Assembly (NCBI GenBank): GCA_963727445.1
Contig: CAVSGI010000009.1
Span: 544,001-608,000, forward strand
Reading direction: 5' to 3'
DNA: 64,000 bases
From: an uncultured delta proteobacterium
Lineage (GTDB): Bacteria > Myxococcota_A > Polyangia > Polyangiales > B10-G4
Shown here: piece after piece, positions 39,533-49,221 of the stretch
Position numbering within the stretch: the stretch's first letter is position 1
Layout: the number at the start of each line of letters is the position of its first letter
The notes under the pieces: model-generated
Seen by the model: the letters and a program-made list of their open reading frames with translations, nothing else
Database searches by the model: none
What the model was told of the DNA's origin: nothing
Program-made: the position numbers and the translations under genes

Positions 39533-40867
39533 TCAGTTCGGGATCAGCGCCTGGACTTCGGCGATCTCGTCGTTGCCGGGATCGAGCTGTCGGGCTTCGT
39601 CGAGCGCCTGCCGCGCTTCGGTCCAGCGTTCGGCGTCGATGTGCCTCCGCGCGGCATCGACGAGGTCCTTGGCGCGCTCCTCCCGCTCGTGAGGGCTGAG
39701 CCCCAGCGTCGGATCGACGGCGGTATCGACGCCCGTATCCACCAAGCCCGTGTCCGGCTCGCCCAGGGTGACCACGGCGGCGTCGCGATCGCGCCTCGCC
39801 GCGTGCGTGGTCACCGCCGCGTTCCCGGCGTCCGCCTCGTCCACGGCGGCGTCGTAGTCTTCGATGGGATCGCCGCCGCTGAGCGCGAAGACCATCGCGA
39901 TGCCCACCGCCAGTCCGCCGAGGAGGATCGCCCAGAACGCGACGGGGCTCTCCTTCTTCGCGTCTCGGGCCGGCGGCCGCGCGATCTGCACGGCACCCGT
40001 GCTCTCGCGATGCACGATCTCGTGGCCGGCCGCCTCGTATGCAGCCCGAAGTGCGGCTGCGAGCTCTCGCGCGGAGCCGTAGCGCTTCTCGGGGTCCTTC
40101 TCGAGCCCGGTCATCAGCACCTTCGACGCCGCGGCGGGGATCTCGGGGCCGATCGCCGCGTCGGCGGCGGCCGGCGGCTCGTCGTGAACGACCTTGTTGG
40201 CGACGGCGACCGCGTCGTCCCCCGGAAAGGCGCGCACGCCCGTCGCCACTTCGTAGAGCACGGCAGCGAACGAGAAGATGTCCGTCTTGGCGCCGTACTG
40301 GCCTTCGACGAGGGTCTCCGGCGCAGCGTAGCAGGGCGTGCCGAGGAACTGGCCTTCGCGAGTGAGCGCCGCGTCGGGGATGCGGGCGATCCCGAAGTCC
40401 GCGAGCTTCACCTTGCCGTCGTCGGTGGTCAGGAGGTTGTCCGGCTTCACGTCGCGGTGAACGATGCTCTGTGCGTGTGCCACCTCGAGCGCCTCGGCGA
40501 CCTGCTCGGCGATCCCCACCAGCTCCGAAGGAGGCAGGGCGCCCTTTTCCCGCAGCACCTCCTTGAGGCTCCGGCCGGGGACGTACTCGAAGACGAGATA
40601 GGGGCCGACCTCTTCGTCTTCACCGACGTCGTAGACCTGCACAATCGACGGGTGGTGAAGCCTGGCGGCCGCGCGCGCCTCGTTCTTGAAGCGCTCGAGG
40701 AAGGTCTTCAGCGAGTCCGGGTCCATCCCCAGATCTCGGAGCGTCTTGATCGCGACCGGCCGCTCGAGCTCGGGGTCCCGGCCCACGTAGACGTAGCCCA
40801 TCGCCCCGGCCCCCGCGAGGCGGTCGATCACGTAACGGCCGATCTTCGAGGGGACTTCCTCGGTCAT
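39533..40867 (-). CDS. Transmembrane Ser/Thr protein kinase
   Basis: GAGAMG, VAIK, HRDVKPDN, DFG, YAAPE; TM helix; C-terminal TPR-like helices. Confidence 0.92.
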   Translation of the reverse strand: MTEEVPSKIGRYVIDRLAGAGAMGYVYVGRDPELERPVAIKTLRDLGMDPDSLKTFLERFKNEARAAARLHHPSIVQVYDVGEDEEVGPYLVFEYVPGRSLKEVLREKGALPPSELVGIAEQVAEALEVAHAQSIVHRDVKPDNLLTTDDGKVKLADFGIARIPDAALTREGQFLGTPCYAAPETLVEGQYGAKTDIFSFAAVLYEVATGVRAFPGDDAVAVANKVVHDEPPAAADAAIGPEIPAAASKVLMTGLEKDPEKRYGSARELAAALRAAYEAAGHEIVHRESTGAVQIARPPARDAKKESPVAFWAILLGGLAVGIAMVFALSGGDPIEDYDAAVDEADAGNAAVTTHAARRDRDAAVVTLGEPDTGLVDTGVDTAVDPTLGLSPHEREERAKDLVDAARRHIDAERWTEARQALDEARQLDPGNDEIAEVQALIPN

Positions 40868-42285
40868 CAGAGTCGGTGGAGCTTGACCGTGTTCGGGCGC
40901 ACCGACGTGGGCCAGGCGCAGACGAGGCCGAAGTGATCTCCGGCCTTGGCGAGCTTCTCACGAACGAGGAGCGCCGTCGCGATTCTCAGCGTCTCCTCCA
41001 TGTCTTCCGGCGGGACTTCGAGATAGGGCCGCACGCCCCATTCGAGTGCCAACCGGCTCGCGATCTTGGGGTCGGAGGTGATTGCGACGATCGGCGATTT
41101 CGGTCTGTATTCGCTCAGGAGCTGGGCGGTGGTTCCACCTCGGGTGAAGACCACCAGCACTTGGAGCGGCAGCGCGAAGCTCAAGAGCGCCGCGGCGCGG
41201 GCGGCGGCGTTGCTCTCCGCCCAGTCTCCGTGCTCCTGGAAGGCCTCGAGGTTCTTCGGCTCGGTCTCCGGATCGTTCAGGACCTCGCCCTCCACCTCGC
41301 TGATGATGCTCGACATCATCTTCACCGACTGCGTCGGATAGCGACCCGAAGCCGTCTCCCCACTCAACATGAGCGCGTCGCTTCCGTCGAGGACCGCGTT
41401 GGCGACGTCGTTCGCCTCGGCGCGCGTGGGGCGCGGGTTGCGGATCATCGAGTCGAGCATCTGCGTCGCGGTGATGACGATCTTCCCGCGCCGGTTCACC
41501 GACCGGATGATGCGCTTCTGGATCAGCGGCACCTTCTCGGACCCGACCTCCACCCCGAGATCTCCGCGCGCGACCATCAATCCGTCGGCCTGGTCGGCGA
41601 TGGATTCGAGGTTCTCGATGGCCTCTGGCTTCTCCATCTTGGCGATGACCGGCGTCCCCTTGGAGAGCGCCTGTGTCTCGCGCACGTCTTCGGCCGTCCG
41701 CACGAAGGAGAGGGCGACGTAGTCCACGCCGATCTCGTCGACCGCGAATGCGAGGTCGGAGCGGTCCTTCTGGGTCAGGGAGGGGGTCGACAGATTGACC
41801 CCGGGAAGGTTCAGGCCCTTCCTGTCGCTCAGCGTGCCGGGGACCGTGACCGTGCAGACCACCTCGTCGCCTTCGATCCGATCGACCTTCATGCCGATGA
41901 GACCGTCATCGATGAGGATGTCGTCTCCGGGCTTCACGTCTGAAGGCAGCGCCGAATAGGACACGCTCACCCTTTCGGCGTTCCCGTCGACGTCTTCAGT
42001 GGTGATGCGAAACTCCTGACCGGCCTCGAGCTCCACCGGGCCGCCCGAGAATTTTCCGATGCGGATCTTCGGCCCGCAGAGATCGGCGAGGATCGCGATC
42101 GGGCGCCGCGCCTTGGCCGACGCCTCCCGCACCAGTCGCGCGGTCTCGGCATGTGTGGCGTGGTCGCCGTGTGAGAAGTTGAGTCGCGCACAGTCCATGC
42201 CCGCCTCGACGAGGCTCGCGATTCCCTCGCGAGTCGCACTTGCGGGTCCCAGGGTGCAGACGATTTTTGCCCGCCTCATGGACAT
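40867..42285 (-). CDS. pyk: Pyruvate kinase
   Basis: RRAKIVCTLGPAS, RLNFSHG, MVARGDLGVE, ATQMLDSM..NPRPTRAE and MLSGETA. Confidence 0.97.
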   Translation of the reverse strand: MSMRRAKIVCTLGPASATREGIASLVEAGMDCARLNFSHGDHATHAETARLVREASAKARRPIAILADLCGPKIRIGKFSGGPVELEAGQEFRITTEDVDGNAERVSVSYSALPSDVKPGDDILIDDGLIGMKVDRIEGDEVVCTVTVPGTLSDRKGLNLPGVNLSTPSLTQKDRSDLAFAVDEIGVDYVALSFVRTAEDVRETQALSKGTPVIAKMEKPEAIENLESIADQADGLMVARGDLGVEVGSEKVPLIQKRIIRSVNRRGKIVITATQMLDSMIRNPRPTRAEANDVANAVLDGSDALMLSGETASGRYPTQSVKMMSSIISEVEGEVLNDPETEPKNLEAFQEHGDWAESNAAARAAALLSFALPLQVLVVFTRGGTTAQLLSEYRPKSPIVAITSDPKIASRLALEWGVRPYLEVPPEDMEETLRIATALLVREKLAKAGDHFGLVCAWPTSVRPNTVKLHRL

Positions 42286-42327
42286 CCTTTTACCGTTTTT
42301 CCGTGCCCATGTGGCACCCTCCGAACC

Positions 42328-43098
42328 ATGTTCCGTGCCGTGGTCGCCAGTCTCGTGGGTTTCGCCCTGGTCGTGGCCGTAGCCGGTTGTGCCTATCCGC
42401 GCCGCTCGACCTCCCTCTCCCCGGCTCCACCCGGCTCCACCTCGGTGGCGGTGCCGGAGCACGTCTGGCAGCTCGAGTTCGTCTCTGCCCACGTGCCCCC
42501 CCGGGATCGGGGCGGACACGCGTGGGATGACGACGGCGACCCGGATCCCCTGATTCGCCTCTATCGCGGCGACCAGCTGGTGTGGGAGTCCGAACCGAAG
42601 ATGGACACCCTCGAGCCCGAGTTCGACGTGACGCTCCCCAAGAACGTCTGGGTCCCCCCGGACCAGATGCTTCGAATCGAGCTCTGGGACCGTGACGTCA
42701 GCGATCACATCATCGGCACCTGGCAGGGACGTGGCCTCCCTCCGAACGCGCTGCCCGATGCCGATGCGCGGATCATGCTCGAGGGTGGGGCGACCATCGT
42801 GCTCCGTGTGAAGCCTCCGCGAGCGCACCGGGGCGTCGGCATCACGCTCTTCGAGGCGCGCGGCAGCTCGCTGCGGGTCGTCGAGATCGAGCAGTTCTCG
42901 CCGGCCGGCCGCGCGGGGATCGTCGTCGGTGACGACATCGTGAAGATCGGTGACAAGGCGGTCTCGGAGCTCAACGACGCCCAGGCGGCGAGCGCGCTCT
43001 CGCTGGCGCTCGATCGGGAGTCTCCCATCGTCGTCGAGCACGAAGGCCAGCGCCGGACCGTCACGATGGATCGCGACTTCGTCTGGTTGAGCATGTGA
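42328..43098 (+). CDS. Lipoprotein with C2-like and PDZ domains
   Basis: VAGC lipobox; WDDDGDPDP...DTLEPEF...IELWDRD..DHIIG (C2-like); GVGI...SPAGRAGIVVGDDIVKIG (PDZ). Confidence 0.75.
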   Translation: MFRAVVASLVGFALVVAVAGCAYPRRSTSLSPAPPGSTSVAVPEHVWQLEFVSAHVPPRDRGGHAWDDDGDPDPLIRLYRGDQLVWESEPKMDTLEPEFDVTLPKNVWVPPDQMLRIELWDRDVSDHIIGTWQGRGLPPNALPDADARIMLEGGATIVLRVKPPRAHRGVGITLFEARGSSLRVVEIEQFSPAGRAGIVVGDDIVKIGDKAVSELNDAQAASALSLALDRESPIVVEHEGQRRTVTMDRDFVWLSM

Positions 43099-43685
43099 GC
43101 TCTCCCCGGCTGTCTGCGCTCGGCCTGATCGCGGTGGCCTCGATCGGCTCGTGGATGGGCGCGCCCGAAAGTGCGCACGCGGACGCGCAGGTTTCGTCGC
43201 GGTTGGGGATCGGGGGTGGGGCGCGCCGGGGCGCGCTGGGCGCCGTCGACGGCCGCTTCGAAATGCTGCTCCGCGCGGAGGTCCTCTTCGGCGGTGCGCG
43301 GCCCGACGTCGTCCGTGTCGGTCCGGCGATCGATCTCCGGACGGGCAACTTCGCGTCGGCGGAGGTCGCGGGGGGCCTCACGCTCCTCTTGCCCGTCGCC
43401 TCCGGTTGGCCGCTCTGGCTCACCGCCGGCGCGGGCTATGCGGCCCGCGACGACGGCCCGAGCGCAGCCATCGGACTCGTCACGATCGCGTTTGGTTATC
43501 GGGACTACGATTACAGCGATCCCTACGGCTTCGCGGTCGACGTCTACGCGACCTATCGCACGGATTTCGAGGACCCCTCCCGCTTCGAGATCACGGCGGG
43601 GCTTTCCTTCGATCTCGAGCTGATTTTCGTCCTTCCAACGCGCCTCTTGGCCACGTGGATCACCGCCGGCGATCCCGACGAGTGA
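43095..43685 (+). CDS. Secreted hypothetical protein, probable small beta-barrel
   Basis: Signal peptide (AHA-D) and alternating hydrophobic strands. Confidence 0.6.
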   Translation: MSSPRLSALGLIAVASIGSWMGAPESAHADAQVSSRLGIGGGARRGALGAVDGRFEMLLRAEVLFGGARPDVVRVGPAIDLRTGNFASAEVAGGLTLLLPVASGWPLWLTAGAGYAARDDGPSAAIGLVTIAFGYRDYDYSDPYGFAVDVYATYRTDFEDPSRFEITAGLSFDLELIFVLPTRLLATWITAGDPDE

Positions 43686-43821
43686 GGCCGAGCGCTCGCC
43701 GAGATCCCTCAGGCATCGGGCGTTTGTCGGGCCCGAAGCGCGCTGACGACTCCTTGGGGATGACGTGTCTCGACGGTAGGATGTGCCCCGTCGTCCTACA
43801 GCGTACGGGAAGGGTGGACAG

Positions 43822-46023
43822 GTGGGCGCCGAAGAGAGCTCTTTGCAGCGCGTGGTCGAAGACGGGGTCGATCAACTCCGTGCGGGCCTCACGGTTCTGA
43901 CGCGCGTCGCGCTCGAGCCGAAAGACGTGCCGCCGATCAAGGCGCGCGTAGACGGTTGCGTGGCGGCGTTCCTCTCGCTGCCGCTGCCACAGCAAGCTGA
44001 GTACAAGTCGCGGGCGACCGGGCTCGAGCCGGAGATCGACGAGGTCAAGGCGCTCCTGCTGCGCGCCGACGCGAAGGTGCCGATGGGGACCTTCCGGCGC
44101 AAGATCGACACCGCCTCGCTCGACGCCGACCAGCTCGTCAGCTACGCGCGCCTGTTGGCTACGAAGCCTTTCGACGGGGGCCCGCTACAGCAGCGCTTCG
44201 AGCTGATCGTCACGCGGGCGCTCTCGGTGGAGAAGCCGGGGCGCGTTTTGGCCCTGCGTCCGCTCGCTGAGCGCGACGCGATCCTCGATCGCATTCTCGT
44301 CGGTCACGTCGGTGATCCGGCGAGGCGCGAAGAGGCCACGAAGTTCTTCGCGGACGCGAAGGCTCGGCTCTCCGAGTTCGCCGATGCGGGACAGCTCTTC
44401 GAAGCGAACTTCGATCGTGAGGCTCGCGCCTTCGAATCGGAGCTGGGCGACGGGCTCCTCGACCGTGAAGTGCTCTCGGCGTTGGTGGAGTTCGAGGTTG
44501 CCTTCAACGCGCGCCGCCTCGCGATCCCTGCTTCCGCGCATCCCATGTCGCTGGCTCCGGGGCCTGCGGGCCCCTCACGTCGAGCGCCGCGGCGGCCTCC
44601 GCTCCTGAGCCGGCCCGCGCCACCACCCGTGCCGGGTGGTGTTCCGGCCGACCTGGCATCCTTGATCGACGAGAGCGTCGCCGAAGTCGGCGATGCCGCT
44701 GCGGCCGGCGAAGCCGCCATCGAGCTCGCCTCCGAAGACTCGGGCGACGGGACGGCGCCGGCGAAGGAGAGCTCGCCGGCCGAGCTGGCCGCGGTGCTCT
44801 TCGACGAGGCGGAAGACCGCGTCCGCGCCATCGCCGATCTCTTGGACGTAGGGCAGGCGCTCGGGGTCGATGCCTCACACCTCGAGCTCGTCCGAAGCAC
44901 TCTGGATCTGTGCAAGAAGAACCTCGACGCGCTCGGGGAGCCGGGAAGCGAGGGCTACGAGAGGCGGCTTCGGACCTACGAGGAGTCGGTCTCGGTGGGC
45001 GAGGAGACGGCGCTCGAGATCGACGCCCTCATCGACATGCGGTCGACGAAGGAGTGGTTCGAGGAGGCGCCGCGATCGCCGGAGCTGCTCCAGCGCTACG
45101 CTCGCCTTCTCGGCGGCGCACGCCGCCTCCGGGACGTGCAGCTCGACCGGCTCGAGTTCCTGGTCACGCGCCTGTTGTCGACCGATGCCGGAAACGAACG
45201 GAAGCAGATGGCGTCGCGCGCCGAAGCCGCGCCGATCCTCGAGTACGTCCTCGTCGAGCGCCCACACGTCGAGGCGCACGAGCGCGCGAGCGCGGTGACC
45301 TTCTTTCGCGATGCCACCCTGCAGCTCGCCACCCTCCACTCGCTGGAAGAGGTCTTCGACGGGGGCTTCTACCTGGACGTGCGCGGATACAAGGTCGCGC
45401 TCAGGGATCAGCTGCGCGACCCCGACGTCCTCTACGCCGCCATCGCCTTGAACGTCGCGATCCACAACCGGCTCGAGGAGATGCGCGAGCTCGAGCTGCG
45501 CTCGCGGCACAGCCTCCACGACATGGTGGGAGCCGAGGAGGAGGAGGTTCAAAAGGCGTTCATGAAGCGCACGAGCCTGCGGGCCAACCAGCGCTTCGAA
45601 GAGACGCGACGGTACCTCGAGAAGTATCGCGAGAACGTCGACAAAGGCGTGGCGAAGCGCCCGCCGCTGGGCCGCCGCCAGGTCTTTCGCGGGATCATGG
45701 CGGCGGTGGCCGTCATCCTCGCGGTCGTCGCGTGGGTCTTGATCGATCGCGACGTCAACTCGGTTCGCGCGATGTCGTCCTCGGACCTGGAGCGCCTGTC
45801 CCCCGTGCTCGAGTCGGGGGGCATCTCGGTCGGCGAGAGCCGAGCGTTCATCGGCGCCGTCTCCTCGGCGCGCTGGATGCTCCTGTCGCCGGAGGAGAGG
45901 CATGACGCCGCCGAATCCATCTTGAGCGGCCTGAGCCGATACCAATGCCACTCCGCGTGGATCACGCGTGACGGACGCCAAGCGATCCAGATCGAAGGCG
46001 GGGAGCTCGTGAGCGTCGAATGA
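43822..46023 (+). CDS. Hypothetical helical protein with an internally duplicated domain and a C-terminal TM helix
   Basis: Two similar segments YARLL...R.E..VTR.LS...FF.DA...L.D..VL; TM helix IMAAVAVILAVVAWVLI. Confidence 0.7.
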   Translation: MGAEESSLQRVVEDGVDQLRAGLTVLTRVALEPKDVPPIKARVDGCVAAFLSLPLPQQAEYKSRATGLEPEIDEVKALLLRADAKVPMGTFRRKIDTASLDADQLVSYARLLATKPFDGGPLQQRFELIVTRALSVEKPGRVLALRPLAERDAILDRILVGHVGDPARREEATKFFADAKARLSEFADAGQLFEANFDREARAFESELGDGLLDREVLSALVEFEVAFNARRLAIPASAHPMSLAPGPAGPSRRAPRRPPLLSRPAPPPVPGGVPADLASLIDESVAEVGDAAAAGEAAIELASEDSGDGTAPAKESSPAELAAVLFDEAEDRVRAIADLLDVGQALGVDASHLELVRSTLDLCKKNLDALGEPGSEGYERRLRTYEESVSVGEETALEIDALIDMRSTKEWFEEAPRSPELLQRYARLLGGARRLRDVQLDRLEFLVTRLLSTDAGNERKQMASRAEAAPILEYVLVERPHVEAHERASAVTFFRDATLQLATLHSLEEVFDGGFYLDVRGYKVALRDQLRDPDVLYAAIALNVAIHNRLEEMRELELRSRHSLHDMVGAEEEEVQKAFMKRTSLRANQRFEETRRYLEKYRENVDKGVAKRPPLGRRQVFRGIMAAVAVILAVVAWVLIDRDVNSVRAMSSSDLERLSPVLESGGISVGESRAFIGAVSSARWMLLSPEERHDAAESILSGLSRYQCHSAWITRDGRQAIQIEGGELVSVE

Positions 46024-47318
46024 TCGCGCTCCGATCGCCGATGGCTTTCGGGGTCATCGCTCTCGCGCTCGCCGGCGCGGGGGCGATCTTCTGGGGGCAG
46101 ACCCTCGACCAGCGCGCGATCGCGGGATCGAAGGAGAGCGCGTTTCATGCGGTGAGCCGAACGCGGGCGCTCGACCGCATGTCGTTCGACGAGACCGTTG
46201 ACCACGATCAGCTCCGCGCGTGGCAGCGAGATGCGCGCGATCCACAGGAGCGCGAGGTGCTCGAGGCTCTGTCCGCCTGCGAAGGGGCGGCGGCCTGCGA
46301 CTCGGCCCGGAGGCGCGCCCGGGAGCACTACGCGGAGGCGCTCGAGCGCGCCTGGGCAGCGTCCCAGGACGCCGCTGATCGCGCGGGCTGGGCCACGGGC
46401 GCTGGCGTCTTGAGCTTAGCGGGCGCCCTCCTGCTCGCCATCGCTTCGGCTCGGCGCGGGGTGCCAAAGGCGCCGCCGGCCGTGAGCCCCGAGGCCCCGC
46501 CCGATGCCGAGCCGGCCGCCCAGCCGGAGGTGGAGGCGCTTCTGCGCCGGCGGCTCGAGGAGCTCTATGCCGCGCGCCTGAGGGCCTGGGAGAGCGACCG
46601 CTTCGCGGCCTACGGCGAGCTCGCCGCCGGGCTCTCGCACGGCCTCAAGACTCCCCTCGCGAGCATTCGAGCGGCGACCCAGGTCGCGATCCGCCGACTC
46701 GGGCAGGAGCATCCGGCGACGCCGCAGCTCTACGACGTCATCGCGGAGGTCGACGCGCTGGTCGAGCAGATCAAGCGATTCCTCGCGGCGACCGGTTCGG
46801 GCGAGCCGGTGCCCGCGCGCGTCGCGCCCGGTCAGCTGGTCGATGCCATCGAGAGCAGCTACGCCAGCGAAGCGGCGGAGCGGGGAGTGAACCTGCGTTG
46901 CGAGGTCGACGATTCACTCGGAGAGGTGTTGGTCGACGCTGCGCTCCTCGAGATGGCGCTCCGCAACCTGGTGGAGAACGCGCTCGCCGTCGCGCCGGAA
47001 GGGAGCACGGTGCGGGTCTACGCCGGGCCGACGGAGCCGCCGTCGCGTGTCGGGCTGGACAACGTCGCCCCAGCGAGTGGGCGGTGGTGCGAGATCGTGA
47101 TCGCCGACGAAGGGCCGGGGATTCCTTCGGAGGCGCTGGGCACCGGCCCTGTCGAGTCGACCAAGGCGAACGGGAGCGGTCTGGGCCTCGCCATCGCGCG
47201 CCGGATCACGGCGCGGCACGGCGGCGCGCTCCTCGTGGATACCAGCCCCACCGACGGAACCTCGGTGAGGGCGGTGCTTCCGGCGGCGCCGGAGGAAGGC
47301 AGAGGGGTCAGGGCATGA
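46020..47318 (+). CDS. Sensor histidine kinase
   Basis: Two TM helices; SHGLKTPL; NLVENA; DEGPG; GSGLGL. Confidence 0.9.
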   Translation: MIALRSPMAFGVIALALAGAGAIFWGQTLDQRAIAGSKESAFHAVSRTRALDRMSFDETVDHDQLRAWQRDARDPQEREVLEALSACEGAAACDSARRRAREHYAEALERAWAASQDAADRAGWATGAGVLSLAGALLLAIASARRGVPKAPPAVSPEAPPDAEPAAQPEVEALLRRRLEELYAARLRAWESDRFAAYGELAAGLSHGLKTPLASIRAATQVAIRRLGQEHPATPQLYDVIAEVDALVEQIKRFLAATGSGEPVPARVAPGQLVDAIESSYASEAAERGVNLRCEVDDSLGEVLVDAALLEMALRNLVENALAVAPEGSTVRVYAGPTEPPSRVGLDNVAPASGRWCEIVIADEGPGIPSEALGTGPVESTKANGSGLGLAIARRITARHGGALLVDTSPTDGTSVRAVLPAAPEEGRGVRA

Positions 47319-48695
47319 TCTTCATCGTCGAAGACGAGCCGGTGCTCCGGCGTTCGTTCGTGGAGTTCCTGTCTCTCGCCGGCCGGCCGGTGGAGGGCTT
47401 CGAGACCGCGGAGGCGGCGCTCGAAGCGGCGCACGAATCGCCGCCCGACGTCATCATCTCCGATCTCCAACTTCCGGGAATGGGCGGTCTCGAGCTCCTG
47501 GAGAAGCTCGCTGACATCGATCCGTCCATGGTGCGCATCGCCGTCACCGCCCACTCGTCGACGAAGTTCCGTCCTCGCGGCGATGCGCAGCGGTTGTTAC
47601 GAGTATCTCGAAAAGCCAATCGACCTCGATCAGCTCGAGCGTCTGGTGGAGCGAGCGCTGGCCGCGAAGCGCACGGAGCGCGAGCTCGGATGGCTTCGTG
47701 AAGGGGAGGGCGCGTCCGAGGGCTCGGCGCTGGTCGGTGACAGCCCGGCGATCGTCGCCATCCGGCGCGAGATCGAAATGCTGGGCGCCATCGGCAAGCA
47801 GGCGCCGCCGGTCCTGGTCATCGGGGAGACCGGCGCAGGCAAGGGGCTGGTCTCTCGACTCGTGCATCGCGCGCGCTTCGGCGACGACGCTCCCTTCATC
47901 GAGGTCAACTGCGCGGCGCTGCCCGCCAACCTGATCGAGGCGGAGCTCTTCGGATACGAGAAGAGCGCGTTCACCGACGCCAAGACCGCGAAGCCCGGCC
48001 TCTTCGAGGCCGCGGAGAACGGGACCATCTTCCTCGACGAGATCGGGGAGCTCGAGCTCTCCCTGCAGCCGAAGCTGCTCTCGGTCGTGGAGTCGGGGCG
48101 AGTGCGCCGCCTCGGCGGGGTCCGCGATCGACCGATCTCCGCGAACATCATCGCGGCCACCAACGTGGACCTCGAGCGGCGCGTGAAGGCTGGCCAGTTC
48201 CGCGCCGACCTCTACCACCGCCTGGCGGCCTTCACCCTCTCGGTGCCGCCCCTCAGAAAGCGCGACGGGGACGCGGTGACTCTCGCGCGGACGTTCATGC
48301 GCGAGTCGGCGCGCAAGTACGACAAAGCGCTCACGAAGCTCTCCGAGGCCGCCGAGAAGCGCATCCTCGCCAACGAGTGGCTGGGGAACGTTCGCGAGCT
48401 CCGCTTCGCCATGGAGCGCGCGGTGATTCTCGCGGACCCACACGCGACGACATTGAGTGCGGAACACCTACCTGGCGGCGCCGCGGACGGCTCCGCGGCG
48501 GTCGACGCGGCGGGCTCGGACGAGATCATGGTGGCGCTGCCTGAAGAGGGTGTGCCCTTCGAAGACCTGGAAAAGGCCATCCTCTCCGCCGCCCTGGAGC
48601 GCGCGGGCGGCAACGTGGCAGGCGCTGCGCGGCTTCTGTCGCTGAGTCGCGAGACCATGCGCTACAGGCTCAAGAAGCTCGGGCTCGTTGGTTGA
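47315..48695 (+). CDS. Sigma-54-dependent response regulator (REC-AAA-Fis HTH); frameshift at about 47567
   Basis: IVEDE..DVIISDLQLPGMGG; GETGAGK; ELFGYEKSAFTDA; FLDEIGE; GNVRELR; Fis-like HTH. Confidence 0.88.
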
Positions 48696-48776
48696 TATCC
48701 ACCACTCGGGTGCTCGCGGTGGTTGATTTGAACCAACGCCGCACCGCCGAAACGAGCGAGTCTGGGGAAATCGACA

Positions 48777-48792
48777 TGGAACGCAGGATGCA
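48777..48792 (+). promoter_or_regulatory. Putative sigma-54 (-24/-12) promoter upstream of the pilin gene
   Basis: TGGAACGCAGGATGCA has GG-N10-GC spacing and lies next to an enhancer-binding protein gene. Confidence 0.45.
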
Positions 48793-48805
48793 AAGGAGGT
48801 CGGAC

Positions 48806-49213
48806 GTGGATCGACGCGCACGGCGGAAGCGAAGGCGACAGGCGGGTTTCACGATCATGGAGATGATGTTCGTCGTCCTGATCGTGGGCCTGCTCGCGAG
48901 CGTCGCGATGCCCAGCTACTCGATGTACATGCTCAAGGCCCGTCGCACCGAAGCGGTCGTGGGCCTGCACCGCATCTGGGACATGCAGCAGGCCTACTAC
49001 TACAACCACGACGAGACCTACGCGGGCGATTTCGATTCACTCGGCTTCTACGGCTACGAGCGAATCGACGCCCACACCGTGTTCGGCCAGCGCTACACGT
49101 ACCGCATCTCGCAGCCCTGGGGTGAAGACTCCTGGTACTGCTCCGCCACGGCGAACGTGGATGCCGACGACTGGCCCGACGTGTTGATCACCGGCTACCG
49201 CCCAGCAGACTGA
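48806..49213 (+). CDS. Type IV pilin (PilA/PilE-like)
   Basis: Basic leader and G|FTIME prepilin site with Glu5; hydrophobic helix; KARRTEA. GTG follows AAGGAGGT; ATG at 48776 is an alternative start. Confidence 0.88.
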   Translation: MDRRARRKRRRQAGFTIMEMMFVVLIVGLLASVAMPSYSMYMLKARRTEAVVGLHRIWDMQQAYYYNHDETYAGDFDSLGFYGYERIDAHTVFGQRYTYRISQPWGEDSWYCSATANVDADDWPDVLITGYRPAD

Positions 49214-49221
49214 AAGGAACC

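Noticed and set aside
42286..43041. N-terminal extension of pyruvate kinase (724-aa ORF); likewise the extensions of ORFs 1370-3295 and 49918-52134
   Set aside because: The extensions overlap other real genes; the true starts are internal
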